Below, one piece after another: positions 1 to 9,856 of a stretch of 64,000 nucleotides of DNA. Location of the stretch: the NCBI GenBank assembly GCA_964481125.1, contig CAYZSL010000002.1, positions 24,597 through 88,596 on the forward strand. Reading direction: 5' to 3'. Below the pieces are notes generated by a model. It did no database searches. It was not told the origin of the DNA and was given only the letters and a program-made list of their open reading frames with translations. Position 1 is the first letter of the stretch; each line of letters starts with the position of its first letter. Position numbers and translations under genes: made by a program. This stretch comes from an uncultured Candidatus Saccharibacteria bacterium (lineage in GTDB: Bacteria > Patescibacteriota > Minisyncoccia > Minisyncoccales > RBG-13-42-11).

Positions 1-42
1 TTCTTCCTTGTTTGCAATTCGACAAAATACGCATTTCATATA

Positions 43-1344
43 TTAACGTTTGCTTTTTAAGCGCCTTTGCATTTCTTTGACGATTCTTTCCAATCTTATT
101 GTTTCCTGTTTGCCTGTTTTCATGTCTCTGATTATGATCGTACCGTCCAAGCTTTCTTTCTGTCCCAAAAGCAAAGTGTATCTCGCTTCCAGCTTGTCAG
201 CCATTCTTAATTGGGCTTTTAAAGAATCCTTACCGAAAGATTCTGCCACCTGAATTTTAACCTTTCTGAAGTCTTCCAAAAGCTTCAAGCTTTTTCTTTT
301 GGCCATGGTGCCGAGCTGAGCCAGGAAAATCGTAGCAGTAGCTGACTTTACACCTTTCATTTCTTTGCTCTTCATAATGCTAACCACCCTTTCTATCCCC
401 ATAGCTCCGCCGACAGCTTTCGTTTCTTCACCCCCCAGCAGTTTGATTAATCCGTCGTAGCGTCCGCCTCCAACCAAAGCTCTTTTTAAAAGAGGTTCTC
501 CTTCTGTCTTTTTCGGAACTTCAGTGAAAATCTCAAAAGCGGTTTTAGTGTAATAGTCCAATCCTCTGACCAGATAAGGATTCAAACGGTAAGGCAACTC
601 AGTTTCATCGAGAAACTCCAGAACTCCTTTAAAATGGCTGTGGCATTCTTCGCAAAGATGATCGATAAGCTGGGGTGCCTGGCTGACTATCCTCTGGCAT
701 TTTTCCTCTTCGCAATCCAATATCCTTAAAGGATTTTCTTTCAATCTGCGGCGGCAGTCAGCGCACAGAGAAGCATCCCTTGATTTGAAATAGCTGACCA
801 GAAGCTTTTTGTAATATGGCCTACACTGATTGTCTCCTATGCTGTTTATTTCAACAATCAAGTTCTTTATCTTCAATTCGCTCAAAATATTGTAAAAAAT
901 CTGAATAGTCTGGGCGTCAAGCACTGGATTGTCGTCTCCGATAATTTCAACGTTCAGCTGGTTAAACTGGCGGAATCTGCCTGCCTGGGGATGTTCGTAC
1001 CTGAATACCGGACCAGTTGAATACAACTTAACCGGCTGGGGCAAAGACTGCATACCGTGTTCCAGATAAGCTCTGACAATGCCAGGAGTGAATTCCGGCC
1101 TCAAAGTCAGATGGTCTCCTCCTTTTGTCCGTAAGGTAAACATCTGCTTCTGGACAATATCACTTGTCAATCCTGTTCCTTTTTCATAAAGAGCTGTATT
1201 TTCCAAAATCGGAGTATCTATTTTTTGAAAACCGTAAAAGTTAAGCACTGTTTCACAAGCATTGTAAATCTTTTGGAAATATCCCTGGTCTTCCAGCAAA
1301 ATATCGTGCATGCCTGTTGGCGCTTGGAATTTTAGTTTTTTCAT
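43..1344 (-). CDS. hisS: histidyl-tRNA synthetase (class II)
   Basis: ORF 43..1458 translates to a HisRS-like protein (class II core, anticodon-binding C-terminus). Start trimmed to the ATG at 1344 (MKKLKFQAPTGMHDIL), which is the usual HisRS N-terminus; the longer ORF would run into lepB. Confidence 0.85.
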   Translation of the reverse strand: MKKLKFQAPTGMHDILLEDQGYFQKIYNACETVLNFYGFQKIDTPILENTALYEKGTGLTSDIVQKQMFTLRTKGGDHLTLRPEFTPGIVRAYLEHGMQSLPQPVKLYSTGPVFRYEHPQAGRFRQFNQLNVEIIGDDNPVLDAQTIQIFYNILSELKIKNLIVEINSIGDNQCRPYYKKLLVSYFKSRDASLCADCRRRLKENPLRILDCEEEKCQRIVSQAPQLIDHLCEECHSHFKGVLEFLDETELPYRLNPYLVRGLDYYTKTAFEIFTEVPKKTEGEPLLKRALVGGGRYDGLIKLLGGEETKAVGGAMGIERVVSIMKSKEMKGVKSATATIFLAQLGTMAKRKSLKLLEDFRKVKIQVAESFGKDSLKAQLRMADKLEARYTLLLGQKESLDGTIIIRDMKTGKQETIRLERIVKEMQRRLKSKR

Positions 1345-1349
1345 ATGAA

Positions 1350-1907
1350 TTATTGGCTTGGCGAATATTCCGGTGTTTCGATTTTTGCTGAAGCTGATAC
1401 TGGCCAGGCTTTGATCCAAGTTCGACCAATAATGTTTTCCTCGGGTAAAGCCCCCCATCTTCTCGAATCTGCTGAAACAGCCCGGTTATCGCCCAAAACA
1501 AAATAATCGTTTTCTCCGAGAATTATTTGCTGGCTGCCAGCAGTAAAAACAGAGGGGAAAAGATAAGCTGATTCGTCCAAAACCCTGCCGCCATCTTCAC
1601 TGTAAATAACAACTTTTCCATCACCTATTTCTATCGTTTCTCCGGGCAAACCGATTATTCTCTTAATGTAGCGCTGGGAAGGATCATTGGGATATTTAAA
1701 AACAATCACTTCTCCTCTTAAAGGGTCCCTGAATCTGTAAGAAATTTCATCGATAATAAGATAATCCCCGTTCTCAAAACTGGGCTCCATTGACTGGCCC
1801 CTAACGAAAAACGGCTGGAAAATAAAATAGCGGATGGGAATAACGATCAGCAAAGCGAGAATGACTATTTTGCTGACTTCCCACATGAATAGCAAAAAAG
1901 ACTTCAT
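1350..1907 (-). CDS. lepB: signal peptidase I
   Basis: 185 aa. N-terminal TM helix, catalytic-Ser motif GQSMEPS, Lys box, and the GDNR..SxDSR box typical of the S26 family. Confidence 0.8.
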   Translation of the reverse strand: MKSFLLFMWEVSKIVILALLIVIPIRYFIFQPFFVRGQSMEPSFENGDYLIIDEISYRFRDPLRGEVIVFKYPNDPSQRYIKRIIGLPGETIEIGDGKVVIYSEDGGRVLDESAYLFPSVFTAGSQQIILGENDYFVLGDNRAVSADSRRWGALPEENIIGRTWIKAWPVSASAKIETPEYSPSQ

Positions 1908-1968
1908 ACTTTTCTAATTATATCAGAATTTTTATGATTATCAATAGATAATGTTATAATATAAGATT

Positions 1969-2529
1969 ATGGTACTGATTGTCGGCCTGGGCAACCCAGG
2001 AGAAAAATACGAAAAAACGAGGCACAATGTAGGCTTTAAAGCGGTAGAAGAAATTGTCAAGATTTTTGATTTTCCAATCTTTACTTCCAAATCAATTTTT
2101 AAGGCTGAAATTTCAAAAGGAATATACAATAATAAAAATATTGTTTTAGCTAAGCCGAAAACCTTCATGAATCTTTCAGGACAAGCAGTAAAACTGCTGA
2201 TGAAAAGCTTTAAAACAAAAGATTTGATCGTTATTCACGATGATATCGATATTCCTTTGGGGAAAATCAGAATTGCCGATAACCGGGGAGCAGCCAGCCA
2301 TAATGGCGTTGAATCAATAATCAACGAACTGAAAACAAAAAACTTCATAAGACTGCGTATCGGTATAAAACCAAAAATAAAGATTAAGGCTTTGGACAGA
2401 TTCGTTCTTCAAAAGTTCAGTAAAGAAGAAACGGAAGCTGTGAAAGAAGTTATTAAAAAAACCGTTGAAGCGGTTGAAACAATAGTGAATAAAGGACTGC
2501 AAAAGGCGATGAATACATATAATAAATGA
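1969..2529 (+). CDS. pth: peptidyl-tRNA hydrolase
   Basis: 186 aa. N-terminal VGLGNPG..Y..TRHNVGF motif characteristic of Pth. Confidence 0.85.
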   Translation: MVLIVGLGNPGEKYEKTRHNVGFKAVEEIVKIFDFPIFTSKSIFKAEISKGIYNNKNIVLAKPKTFMNLSGQAVKLLMKSFKTKDLIVIHDDIDIPLGKIRIADNRGAASHNGVESIINELKTKNFIRLRIGIKPKIKIKALDRFVLQKFSKEETEAVKEVIKKTVEAVETIVNKGLQKAMNTYNK

Positions 2530-2569
2530 AAAGCCGAGGCAATGACTTGAACATTGTTTTCCTCGGCTC

Positions 2570-2752
2570 TCAAGATCTTTGCTTGATGATGCGCTGAATC
2601 GATTTTGCTACTTCTTTAATTGTGAAACTGGAAGACTTAATGGGATATTTTATAATCACTATCCCATGATCTATCAAACAAATAAAATTTCCAGTTTTTT
2701 TAAGGGAATATGAAGGTGGCAATCGCACCATCTTTTTAATTTGTGCTATCAA
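2570..2752 (-). CDS. hypothetical small protein (60 aa, TTG start)
   Basis: Near-perfect Shine-Dalgarno AAGGAGGTG lies 5 nt upstream of a TTG at 2750-2752. The ORF ends inside a bidirectional hairpin terminator (2534-2575). It is preceded by a structured leader and a consensus promoter. Confidence 0.35.
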   Translation of the reverse strand: MIAQIKKMVRLPPSYSLKKTGNFICLIDHGIVIIKYPIKSSSFTIKEVAKSIQRIIKQRS

Positions 2753-2993
2753 GGATTCACCTCCTTAAATATAGTAAGAGCAAGCATATCTCGCCCTCCA
2801 GTCTACCTGCAAGCGTTATGGATCAGGAACAAAAGTCCAAATCCGTAACCTAGGGCACTAAGTTAAAGGAGGGATAACTTAGAATCCATCCTCCTACCCT
2901 CCCTAAAAGAGAAAGTAAGGTTAAGCCACTAGCAGGCAGACTGCAAGGCGAAACTTTGACAAAAAACAACGATATATTATATATTATACATAA

Positions 2994-3021
2994 TTGAATG
3001 AATTTGTCAACCATGTTAGAA
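2994..3021 (-). promoter_or_regulatory. sigma70-like promoter (TTGACA-16-TATAAT) on minus strand
   Basis: Reverse complement reads TTGACAaattcattcaattatgTATAAT. It drives the leader plus small ORF at 2570-2985. Confidence 0.45.
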
Positions 3022-3074
3022 ATTTTACAAAAGTTTGTAATTTTCAAAAACAATGTTAAGTTAAAAAAACGTTT

Positions 3075-5129
3075 ATGCAATTAGTAATCGTTGAAAGCCC
3101 TACAAAAGGGAAAACAATTGAAAAATTCTTAGGCTCCAAATACCGAGTCTTATCTTCTTACGGTCATGTTAGGGATTTACCCAAGACCAAATTTGGCATT
3201 GACGTGGAAAATGATTTTACTCCGACATACATTATTATGCCAAAAGCCAAAAAAAACGTAGAGCTTCTGAAAAAAGAAATAAAAAAAGCAGATTCAGTAA
3301 TCCTAGCTACAGACGAAGACAGGGAAGGAGAAGCAATCGCCTATCATCTGACCCAGGCTTTAGATTTAAAAAATGCAAAAAGAATTGTTTTCCACGAAAT
3401 TACCAAATCAGCAATTAAAGAAGCCTTAGAAAACCCCAGAGAAATTGATATGGCTTTGGTTGACGCCCAGCAAGCCAGAAGATTTTTGGACAGAATAGTC
3501 GGCTACAAACTCTCTCCTTTTCTATGGAAAAAAGTGGCCAGGGGCCTGTCTGCCGGCAGAGTCCAGTCAATAGCCGTAAGACTGGTGGTTGAGAGAGAAG
3601 AAGAAATAAAGAACTTCAAACCCCAGGAATACTGGACTGTCATTGCTCTTCTAAAAAAATCTTCTACCTCGAAACAAACATTTGAAGCTTTTTTAATTAA
3701 AAAAGACGACAAAGTTTTAGACAAACTGGAAATATCAAACAAAAAAGAAGCAGATAAGATTGTCAAAGACTTAAATGAGGCAGAGTATAAAGTATTAAAT
3801 ATCGATGAAAAAGAAGCAAAAAGAAATCCTTTGCCGCCTTTCACCACCAGCACCTTGCAGCAAACAGCCTGGCAGAAATTCAGGCTTCCGGCAAAGATAA
3901 CCATGCGAATCGCCCAAAGCTTATATGAGAAAGGTTTCATTACCTACCACCGAACCGACTCTTTGAACCTCTCAAACCAATCGCTTTTTTCCGCTAAAAA
4001 ATTCATTATTGACAACTACGGAGAAAAATACTGGCCGGGATTCCCGAGAAAATATAAAACAAAAGCAAAAGGAGCCCAAGAAGCCCACGAAGCAATAAGA
4101 CCCAGTTATCCTGATAAATCCCCTGAACAATTAAAAACGCAAGCTAAGCTTGAAGAAAGCCAATTCAAGCTTTACGATTTAATCTGGAGGAGATTCGTCG
4201 CCTGCCAAATGAGCCAGGCAATATTTGATTCAACGACCGTGGACATTTCAGCCAAAAACTATACTTTCCGGGTTAACGGACAGATGCTAAAATTTGACGG
4301 GTTTTTGAAGATTTATCCGATCAAATACGAAGAAAAAGATCTGCCGTCTTTAAAGAAAGATGAGGTCCTGAAATTAGTAAAATTAGATCCTTCACAACAC
4401 TTTACCGAACCGCCTCCCCGCTATAATGAAGCAACCATCATCAAGACCCTAGAAGAAAACGGAATAGGCAGGCCATCAACTTATGCTCCAATTCTTTCCA
4501 ATATCCAGGATAAAAACTATATTGAAAAAGACGAACAAAGAAGATTCAGACCGACTGAAATTGGCAGCGTGGTCAACAACCTTTTAGTCGCCCATTTTCC
4601 TGAAATCGTTGACATCGGTTTTACAGCTAAAATGGAAGAAGATTTGGACGAAATCGCTCAAAAAAAGAAAGAGCTAATTCCAGTAATTAAGGAATTCTAT
4701 ACACCTTTTGAAAAGAACTTGAAACAAAAATATGAAGAGGTTTCCAAAAAAGACATTACTGAAAAGCCAACTGAAAAAACCTGCCCGAAATGCAAAGCCC
4801 CTCTTTTGATACGAATCGGCAGATACGGAGAGTTTTATGCCTGTTCAAAATTCCCGAAATGCCGGTATACCGAATCACTTGAAAAAAATAATCTCGGAGT
4901 CAAATGCCCGAAATGCAAAAAGGGGAAAATCGTTGAAAAGAGAACTAAAAAAAGAAAGATATTCTACGGCTGCGACCAATTCCCAAAGTGCGACTTTGCT
5001 TTATGGGATAAACCAACTGGAGAAAAATGCAAAAAATGCGACTCTCTCATGGTGAAAACAAGAAGATGGGGAGAAAAATGCTCGAATAAGGAATGCGATT
5101 TTAAAATTGAAAAAGAAGGAAAACTTTGA
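3075..5129 (+). CDS. topA: DNA topoisomerase I with C-terminal Zn-ribbon repeats
   Basis: 684 aa. TOPRIM N-terminus (VIVESPTKGKTI), type IA core, and repeated CPKC/CxxC zinc-finger modules at the C-terminus. Confidence 0.9.
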   Translation: MQLVIVESPTKGKTIEKFLGSKYRVLSSYGHVRDLPKTKFGIDVENDFTPTYIIMPKAKKNVELLKKEIKKADSVILATDEDREGEAIAYHLTQALDLKNAKRIVFHEITKSAIKEALENPREIDMALVDAQQARRFLDRIVGYKLSPFLWKKVARGLSAGRVQSIAVRLVVEREEEIKNFKPQEYWTVIALLKKSSTSKQTFEAFLIKKDDKVLDKLEISNKKEADKIVKDLNEAEYKVLNIDEKEAKRNPLPPFTTSTLQQTAWQKFRLPAKITMRIAQSLYEKGFITYHRTDSLNLSNQSLFSAKKFIIDNYGEKYWPGFPRKYKTKAKGAQEAHEAIRPSYPDKSPEQLKTQAKLEESQFKLYDLIWRRFVACQMSQAIFDSTTVDISAKNYTFRVNGQMLKFDGFLKIYPIKYEEKDLPSLKKDEVLKLVKLDPSQHFTEPPPRYNEATIIKTLEENGIGRPSTYAPILSNIQDKNYIEKDEQRRFRPTEIGSVVNNLLVAHFPEIVDIGFTAKMEEDLDEIAQKKKELIPVIKEFYTPFEKNLKQKYEEVSKKDITEKPTEKTCPKCKAPLLIRIGRYGEFYACSKFPKCRYTESLEKNNLGVKCPKCKKGKIVEKRTKKRKIFYGCDQFPKCDFALWDKPTGEKCKKCDSLMVKTRRWGEKCSNKECDFKIEKEGKL

Positions 5130-5148
5130 TAATCTTAAATGAGAATTT

Positions 5149-5235
5149 GCCTGGGTGGCGGAATTGGTTTACGCGTACGACTCAAAATCGTATAAGAGCA
5201 ATCTTGTGTGGGTTCGAGTCCCACCCCAGGCACCA
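5149..5235 (+). tRNA. tRNA-Leu (anticodon CAA), type II with long variable arm, CCA encoded
   Basis: Folded by hand. Acceptor GCCTGGG/CCCAGGC, anticodon stem TACGA/TCGTA with loop CTCAAAA, T-arm GTGGG-TTCGAGT-CCCAC, terminal ACCA. Confidence 0.8.
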
Positions 5236-5268
5236 ATTTAAAAATCCCCTATTTGAATAAGGGATTTT
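5236..5268. terminator. bidirectional hairpin terminator between tRNA-Leu and tsaC
   Basis: AAAAATCCCCTATTTGAATAAGGGATTTTTTATT: imperfect stem flanked by A- and T-runs. Confidence 0.4.
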
Positions 5269-5853
5269 TTATTCCCTCAAAATCTTCGGCTGAGAACCGG
5301 TAATATCAATCAGCCTTGATTGCTTGCTAAATTTCAGTCTATTATCAGAAATCATTAAATCAAGCTTGGCTTTTTTAAACTGTTTTATTATATCTTTTGC
5401 GTTGTTTAACGGCTTTTTACCTGAAATATTGGCTGAAGTTTGTACTAAAGGCTTATTAACTCTCCCGAGTAATTTATTTAATAAAGGATAATCTGGAGTC
5501 CTAATGGCTATAGTGTCTTTATCAACACCATATAACTTCATTCCTTTTCTTCTTTTTAAAACTACTGTTGTTTTACCGGGCCAAACAGATTTCAAGAACT
5601 TTTCCTGTTTTTTATCTATCTTTGCTATTTTCTTGGCTAATTTTAAATCTTTTACGAAAACAGGTAGCCATTTTCTTTTCTCTCTACCTTTAATTCTAAA
5701 AATCTTTTCAACTGCTTTTTTATTCGTTGCATCAACTATTAATCCATAAACAGTATCTGTCGGGAAAACAACAACTCCGCCTTTTCTTACTATTTCAGCT
5801 GTTTTTCTAACTATGTTTAAATAATTGTCTGACGAAATATCTAAAATGTCCAT
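5269..5853 (-). CDS. tsaC: L-threonylcarbamoyladenylate synthase (YrdC/TsaC family)
   Basis: 194 aa. YrdC-domain motifs (VVVFPTDTVYGL, KxR..LPV). No Sua5 C-terminal extension. Confidence 0.75.
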   Translation of the reverse strand: MDILDISSDNYLNIVRKTAEIVRKGGVVVFPTDTVYGLIVDATNKKAVEKIFRIKGREKRKWLPVFVKDLKLAKKIAKIDKKQEKFLKSVWPGKTTVVLKRRKGMKLYGVDKDTIAIRTPDYPLLNKLLGRVNKPLVQTSANISGKKPLNNAKDIIKQFKKAKLDLMISDNRLKFSKQSRLIDITGSQPKILRE

Positions 5854-5889
5854 TTTATAATTCTATCATTTTTTGAATTTAAAATAAAA

Positions 5890-5925
5890 AACTGGGAACC
5901 CTTATTCAGAATTCCCAGTATTTGG
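5890..5925 (-). terminator. rho-independent terminator for the repeat-protein gene
   Basis: On the minus strand CTGGGAAttctgaataagggTTCCCAG is followed by TTTTTT. Confidence 0.55.
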
Positions 5926-5941
5926 AGTTTTTGTATTCAAG

Positions 5942-6538
5942 TCAATTAGGTGGCGAAGTATAGCCGAAGAAGGGCACCATTCGATAGCGAGTGACCGATC
6001 TGTGCTTTGTAACGGTCCTGTACTTTGTTAACTCCCTATACAGAGTGATGGTCCTTTCTTTCGTAACCTCTCTATACTTTGTAACTGTCCGGCTCTTCGT
6101 TACCTCCCTAATTTCCGTCTCCGTACAATAATTTGTGCAGAAGATTGGTGAACATTCAGGTCCCGGAGGGGGTGGTATTGGAGGTTGTCCCGGAGGGGGT
6201 GGTATTGGAGGTTGTCCCGGAGGGGGTGGTATTGGAGGTTGTCCCGGAGGGGGTGGCCATGGTTTTGGATTACAATTCCGTCCACAAACATATGTACCAC
6301 AGACTACTTGATATGAATATGGTTCATATTCGGTATAATACTCTGTAGCATCGTACGGTTCATCTTCGGTATAGGTTTCCGTTACCTGGTAAGGATCTGG
6401 AACCGTATAAGCCTCTTGGAAATCATAAGACTCCTGGGCAATATAGCTTTCTTGTTTCATCGGAACAGAAAAGCCAACTATCAAAAGAAGAGCCAATACC
6501 ACCAAAACTACAAGAGTCCAGCTAGCTCCCGAAGTCAT
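5942..6538 (-). CDS. membrane-anchored Pro-rich repeat protein (hypothetical surface protein)
   Basis: 198 aa. N-terminal TM helix, Tyr/Glu-rich stretch, 3.5 copies of PPPPGQPPI, then repeated TKYREVTK-like units. Confidence 0.6.
   Translation of the reverse strand: MTSGASWTLVVLVVLALLLIVGFSVPMKQESYIAQESYDFQEAYTVPDPYQVTETYTEDEPYDATEYYTEYEPYSYQVVCGTYVCGRNCNPKPWPPPPGQPPIPPPPGQPPIPPPPGQPPIPPPPGPECSPIFCTNYCTETEIREVTKSRTVTKYREVTKERTITLYRELTKYRTVTKHRSVTRYRMVPFFGYTSPPN
6162..6256. repeat. 27-bp tandem repeat x3.5 (cccggagggggtggtattggaggttgt) inside the CDS
   Basis: Perfect copies start at 6162, 6189 and 6216, with a partial copy at 6243. They encode the PPPPGQPPI units. Confidence 0.9.
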
Positions 6539-6664
6539 TTTGCACCTCCTTTATTTTTTTTCTAGAGCTATCAATAACTATCACATTCTTATTATCTCCT
6601 TTCAAAGAAACTGATTTATTATACTAAATCAAAGCTTTTTGTCAATGGTCAAAGAAATTGAAAA

Positions 6665-7080
6665 AATAGAGCCCTGCTTTTGGTTATATAGCAGGGCTCT
6701 CTCGAAATAGGGGGTGAAATGCCCAGTTTTTCACTAGGGTTTGTAGAGTGACTACTTATTTAAGTCAAACCGCAATCAATAAGCATCACCTCCTTCAAAT
6801 AAAAAGTGCTTTGGGGAAACAGTCCTGCCTACAAATGGGATATCTCCTCTGCTTCTGTCTCCACTTCTAAGACTAAGACAGGACTGTTTCATGCACCGAG
6901 GCAGGGGAAGACCCTGCGGACAATGAACTGTGGGTCGAGTCAATTGACCCGTGCCGGCAAACGTAGCTAAGCCGCTACTGCCGATAATCTCTGGCTTGGT
7001 GGCCCGGAACTGCTAGACGATGTAATACATCGACTACTACCGGCGATCTGATACTTACCATCCAGATCTCCTTTCTATAT
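6665..7080 (-). ncRNA. GC-rich structured transcript of unknown identity (candidate ncRNA or leader)
   Basis: About 50% GC against a 35% background. Minus-strand promoter-like TTGACA-17-TATTCT at ~7090-7120. Minus-strand rho-independent terminator (AGAGCCCTGC..GCAGGGCTCT + TTTTTT) at 6665-6706. Multiple internal hairpins. Only tiny ORFs (27 aa and 8 aa) sit behind SD-like sequences. Confidence 0.3.
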
Positions 7081-7134
7081 TAAACTATGTAATTAGAATA
7101 TTAAAAAAATGAATCTTTGTCAATACGGAAAAGT

Positions 7135-8385
7135 CTATTTCTTAATTCCTCTAAATTCGGTATAAAAAGTAGTTTTATCCTCGATATTTTCAAAAACAAC
7201 AGAATTCGGCCCGATCGAGCAGTCAGAACCAATCAAAACGCCGGGCATCAAAGAAGATCTGATGCCAATTTTCGTGTTTTTGCCGACAATCGCCCCCAAA
7301 GATTTCAATCCCGTGGTTATCCCTGGCTTAACTATTATCTCCCCTCTATCAACTCTGACATTGGCAGTAATTGTTCCTGATCCGACAAGACATCCTTCTC
7401 TAAAAACCGAATCGCCAAAATAACCAGAATGAATGGTTGTGTCTTGCTGGAAGATTGTTCGAGTCACTTCCGCAAAAGCGCCGATTAAAACATTGTTTTC
7501 TAAATTGGAATAACCGCGAATCAAAGAATTGTTGCCGATAATGCTATTAGCCCCTATATAGCAAGGCCCTTTAATAGTTGCATTTTCAAAAATCCTAACA
7601 TTTTCACCGATATAAACATTACCTTCAATAATTACATTTTTTGCAAGCTTAGCTGACTTTTCAATTTTCGGCTTCAAAAGCTTATTGAATAAATACTTTT
7701 CGATAATAAATAAATGCCATGGATATTTCAAAAAAGGAATATCTTCCTCTTTCTCCTGTAAAATAACTAATCTGACATCATTGTTCTTTATATATTCAGA
7801 AAGCGCTGCTTCAAAATTATACTTTCCTTGTTCCGCCTTCTCGAAAGTCTGAAAAAAATCTTTTGATAATAAATAAATACCGGATACTTTAATGTCCGAG
7901 GGCGCTTCTGATGGCTTTGGCTTTTCAATAATCTCTGTAATTTTATCTCCGCTTACTCTTGCCATGCCGAAAAGTTCAGGAGTCTTTGTTTTCTGGCCGG
8001 CTAAAACAGCTTTTGCTTCCCCTAATTTTGATATTAATTGATTAAAAACGTCTGAACACTCAACCATTTCAGCGTTTAAAACTATGAAATTATCTCTTAT
8101 TAAATCTTTAGCCTGCCATAAAGCATCTCCCATGCCATTGGCTTCAGCTTGGATTATGTAAGTTATTTTGCATTTGGGAAATTGATAATCAGAAAGTTCT
8201 TTTTCAAGTGCCATTTCTTTATCCTGCACAATTATAATTTCATTTATGCCAGATTTAATTAATCCGTCTATCGTATACCAAATCAAAGGCTTTCCCATTA
8301 TTTTAATAAGAGATTTATGCTTTCCGTTTAGCGGCCAAAAACGAGAAGATTCACCTGCCGCCAAGATTACTGCTTGATACTGCAT
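7135..8385 (-). CDS. bifunctional sugar-1-phosphate nucleotidylyltransferase / acetyltransferase (GlmU-like)
   Basis: 416 aa. N-terminal nucleotidyltransferase motif ([14 protein letters not shown]) and C-terminal left-handed beta-helix hexapeptide repeats. Confidence 0.75.
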   Translation of the reverse strand: MQYQAVILAAGESSRFWPLNGKHKSLIKIMGKPLIWYTIDGLIKSGINEIIIVQDKEMALEKELSDYQFPKCKITYIIQAEANGMGDALWQAKDLIRDNFIVLNAEMVECSDVFNQLISKLGEAKAVLAGQKTKTPELFGMARVSGDKITEIIEKPKPSEAPSDIKVSGIYLLSKDFFQTFEKAEQGKYNFEAALSEYIKNNDVRLVILQEKEEDIPFLKYPWHLFIIEKYLFNKLLKPKIEKSAKLAKNVIIEGNVYIGENVRIFENATIKGPCYIGANSIIGNNSLIRGYSNLENNVLIGAFAEVTRTIFQQDTTIHSGYFGDSVFREGCLVGSGTITANVRVDRGEIIVKPGITTGLKSLGAIVGKNTKIGIRSSLMPGVLIGSDCSIGPNSVVFENIEDKTTFYTEFRGIKK

Positions 8386-8389
8386 AATT

Positions 8390-9835
8390 TTAATAAGTTT
8401 TTTTCTTCTTATGTAAGTCAGCCGTCCTATAGCTTAAGGGTCTGGAAAACATTGGAGCGCCGATATTCTTGATCAATTCCTTTTTCTTTTTTTCCATTAA
8501 ATTACGGGTTTTTGCCTCCACCACTAACTTTATTACCGGTTCAGTATTGGACGGCCTTACTAAAAACCACCAATCCTTAAAATCCGCCCTTAAACCGTCC
8601 TGTTCTGAAATCTTACCTGTTTTATACTTCTTTTTCAATTCTTTGATTTTCCCCTCTTTTGCTTTTGTTTCAAAATATATTTCGCCAGAATGAAAATACT
8701 TTTGAAGAGGTTTTATCAGTTCCGATAAAGTTTTTTTGGTTTTTTCCATTTCATTTACAATCTTTAAAAATACAAAGAATGGAACTTCGTAAAATAAGTT
8801 TTGCCCTAGATAATAATGGCCAGATACTTCCCCACCAAAAAAAATATTATCTTTTCTCATTTTTTCTTTTATTAAAGCATGTCCAATTTTAAAATTGATA
8901 GGAACACCACCATCTTCTTTAATAACTTCCTTTAAAACGTTACTCGACCGAATATCATAAAGAATTTTTGGCTTATTTTTTCCTTTCCATTCCTTTAATA
9001 TAATTTTAGCCATCAAGGCAGTTATCAAATCCCCCCTGATCGGATTACCTTTTTCATCAATAAATATGATTCTGTCAGCATCTCCATCTAAAATAATGCC
9101 AAAATTAGGCTTCTTTTTTCTGACCAAAGAAACAATATCCTTTAAGTTATTTCCAAAAGAAGGATCAGGAACATGGTTAGGGAAATCGCCATCTGGTTTG
9201 CAATAAATAGGATAAACTTTAATGCCTGTTTTTTTAAGAACCTTGAGGAAAATGGGGCCGCCCATTCCATTCCCAGCATCAATTGCAACAGATAATTTTT
9301 TAAATGTTTTTTTATTTATCTTATTTAATTTAAAAACAAAATTTATATAATCTTTTTCAATGTTTTTCTTAATGATTTTGCCCTTTAATGGGGGTAATTT
9401 TTCTTTTTGAAAGGCTTTCTTCGCTAATTGATCTCTCATCCAAAAAATTCCAGTTTCGCCAGAAAGAGGAATGGTTTTCTCGCGCGTTAATTTAAAACCA
9501 TTGAAAGGATTGGGATTATGCGAGGCGGTAATAATTATTCCTCCGTCAAGTCTTAAATGGGAAACTGCAAAATAAAGAGCAGGAGTTATTATTAAACCTA
9601 AATCAATAATATTGCATCCTTCTTGAATAATTCCTTTCGAAAGTCCTCGAAAAAGCTCAGGGGAAGAATAACGAATATCTCTTGCTATTCCAACGGTTAA
9701 TGTCTTCTTTTTTGATTTTTTCCGCAAAAAATGAATAAAGTAACGGCCAACTCGATAAGCCATTTCTTCATTAACATCCTGAGGATATATTCCCCTGATA
9801 TCGTAAAGACGAAAAATTTCTGGATTAATTTTCAT
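8390..9835 (-). CDS. phosphoglucomutase/phosphomannomutase family (PGM/PMM or GlmM-like)
   Basis: 481 aa. Active-site TASHNP motif and the four-domain alpha-D-phosphohexomutase architecture. Confidence 0.8.
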   Translation of the reverse strand: MKINPEIFRLYDIRGIYPQDVNEEMAYRVGRYFIHFLRKKSKKKTLTVGIARDIRYSSPELFRGLSKGIIQEGCNIIDLGLIITPALYFAVSHLRLDGGIIITASHNPNPFNGFKLTREKTIPLSGETGIFWMRDQLAKKAFQKEKLPPLKGKIIKKNIEKDYINFVFKLNKINKKTFKKLSVAIDAGNGMGGPIFLKVLKKTGIKVYPIYCKPDGDFPNHVPDPSFGNNLKDIVSLVRKKKPNFGIILDGDADRIIFIDEKGNPIRGDLITALMAKIILKEWKGKNKPKILYDIRSSNVLKEVIKEDGGVPINFKIGHALIKEKMRKDNIFFGGEVSGHYYLGQNLFYEVPFFVFLKIVNEMEKTKKTLSELIKPLQKYFHSGEIYFETKAKEGKIKELKKKYKTGKISEQDGLRADFKDWWFLVRPSNTEPVIKLVVEAKTRNLMEKKKKELIKNIGAPMFSRPLSYRTADLHKKKKTY

Positions 9836-9856
9836 TGAAAATCTAATCTAATTAAT

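Noticed and set aside
2850-3080. 76-aa minus-strand ORF upstream of topA
   Set aside because: It overlaps the promoter/leader region, has no RBS, and reads through the structured leader. More likely noncoding.
6781-6800. 16S rRNA 3' end (ATCACCTCCTT) suggesting an rRNA fragment
   Set aside because: Only the anti-SD core matches. On the minus strand it is simply a Shine-Dalgarno sequence. Flanking sequence does not align with 16S helix 45.
6665-7080. RNase P RNA, SRP RNA or 6S RNA assignment for the GC-rich segment
   Set aside because: Could not find P4 strands (GGAAAGUCCGG / ACAGAAnCCGGCUUA) or the SRP domain IV consensus on either strand. Left as an unknown structured RNA pending a covariance-model scan.
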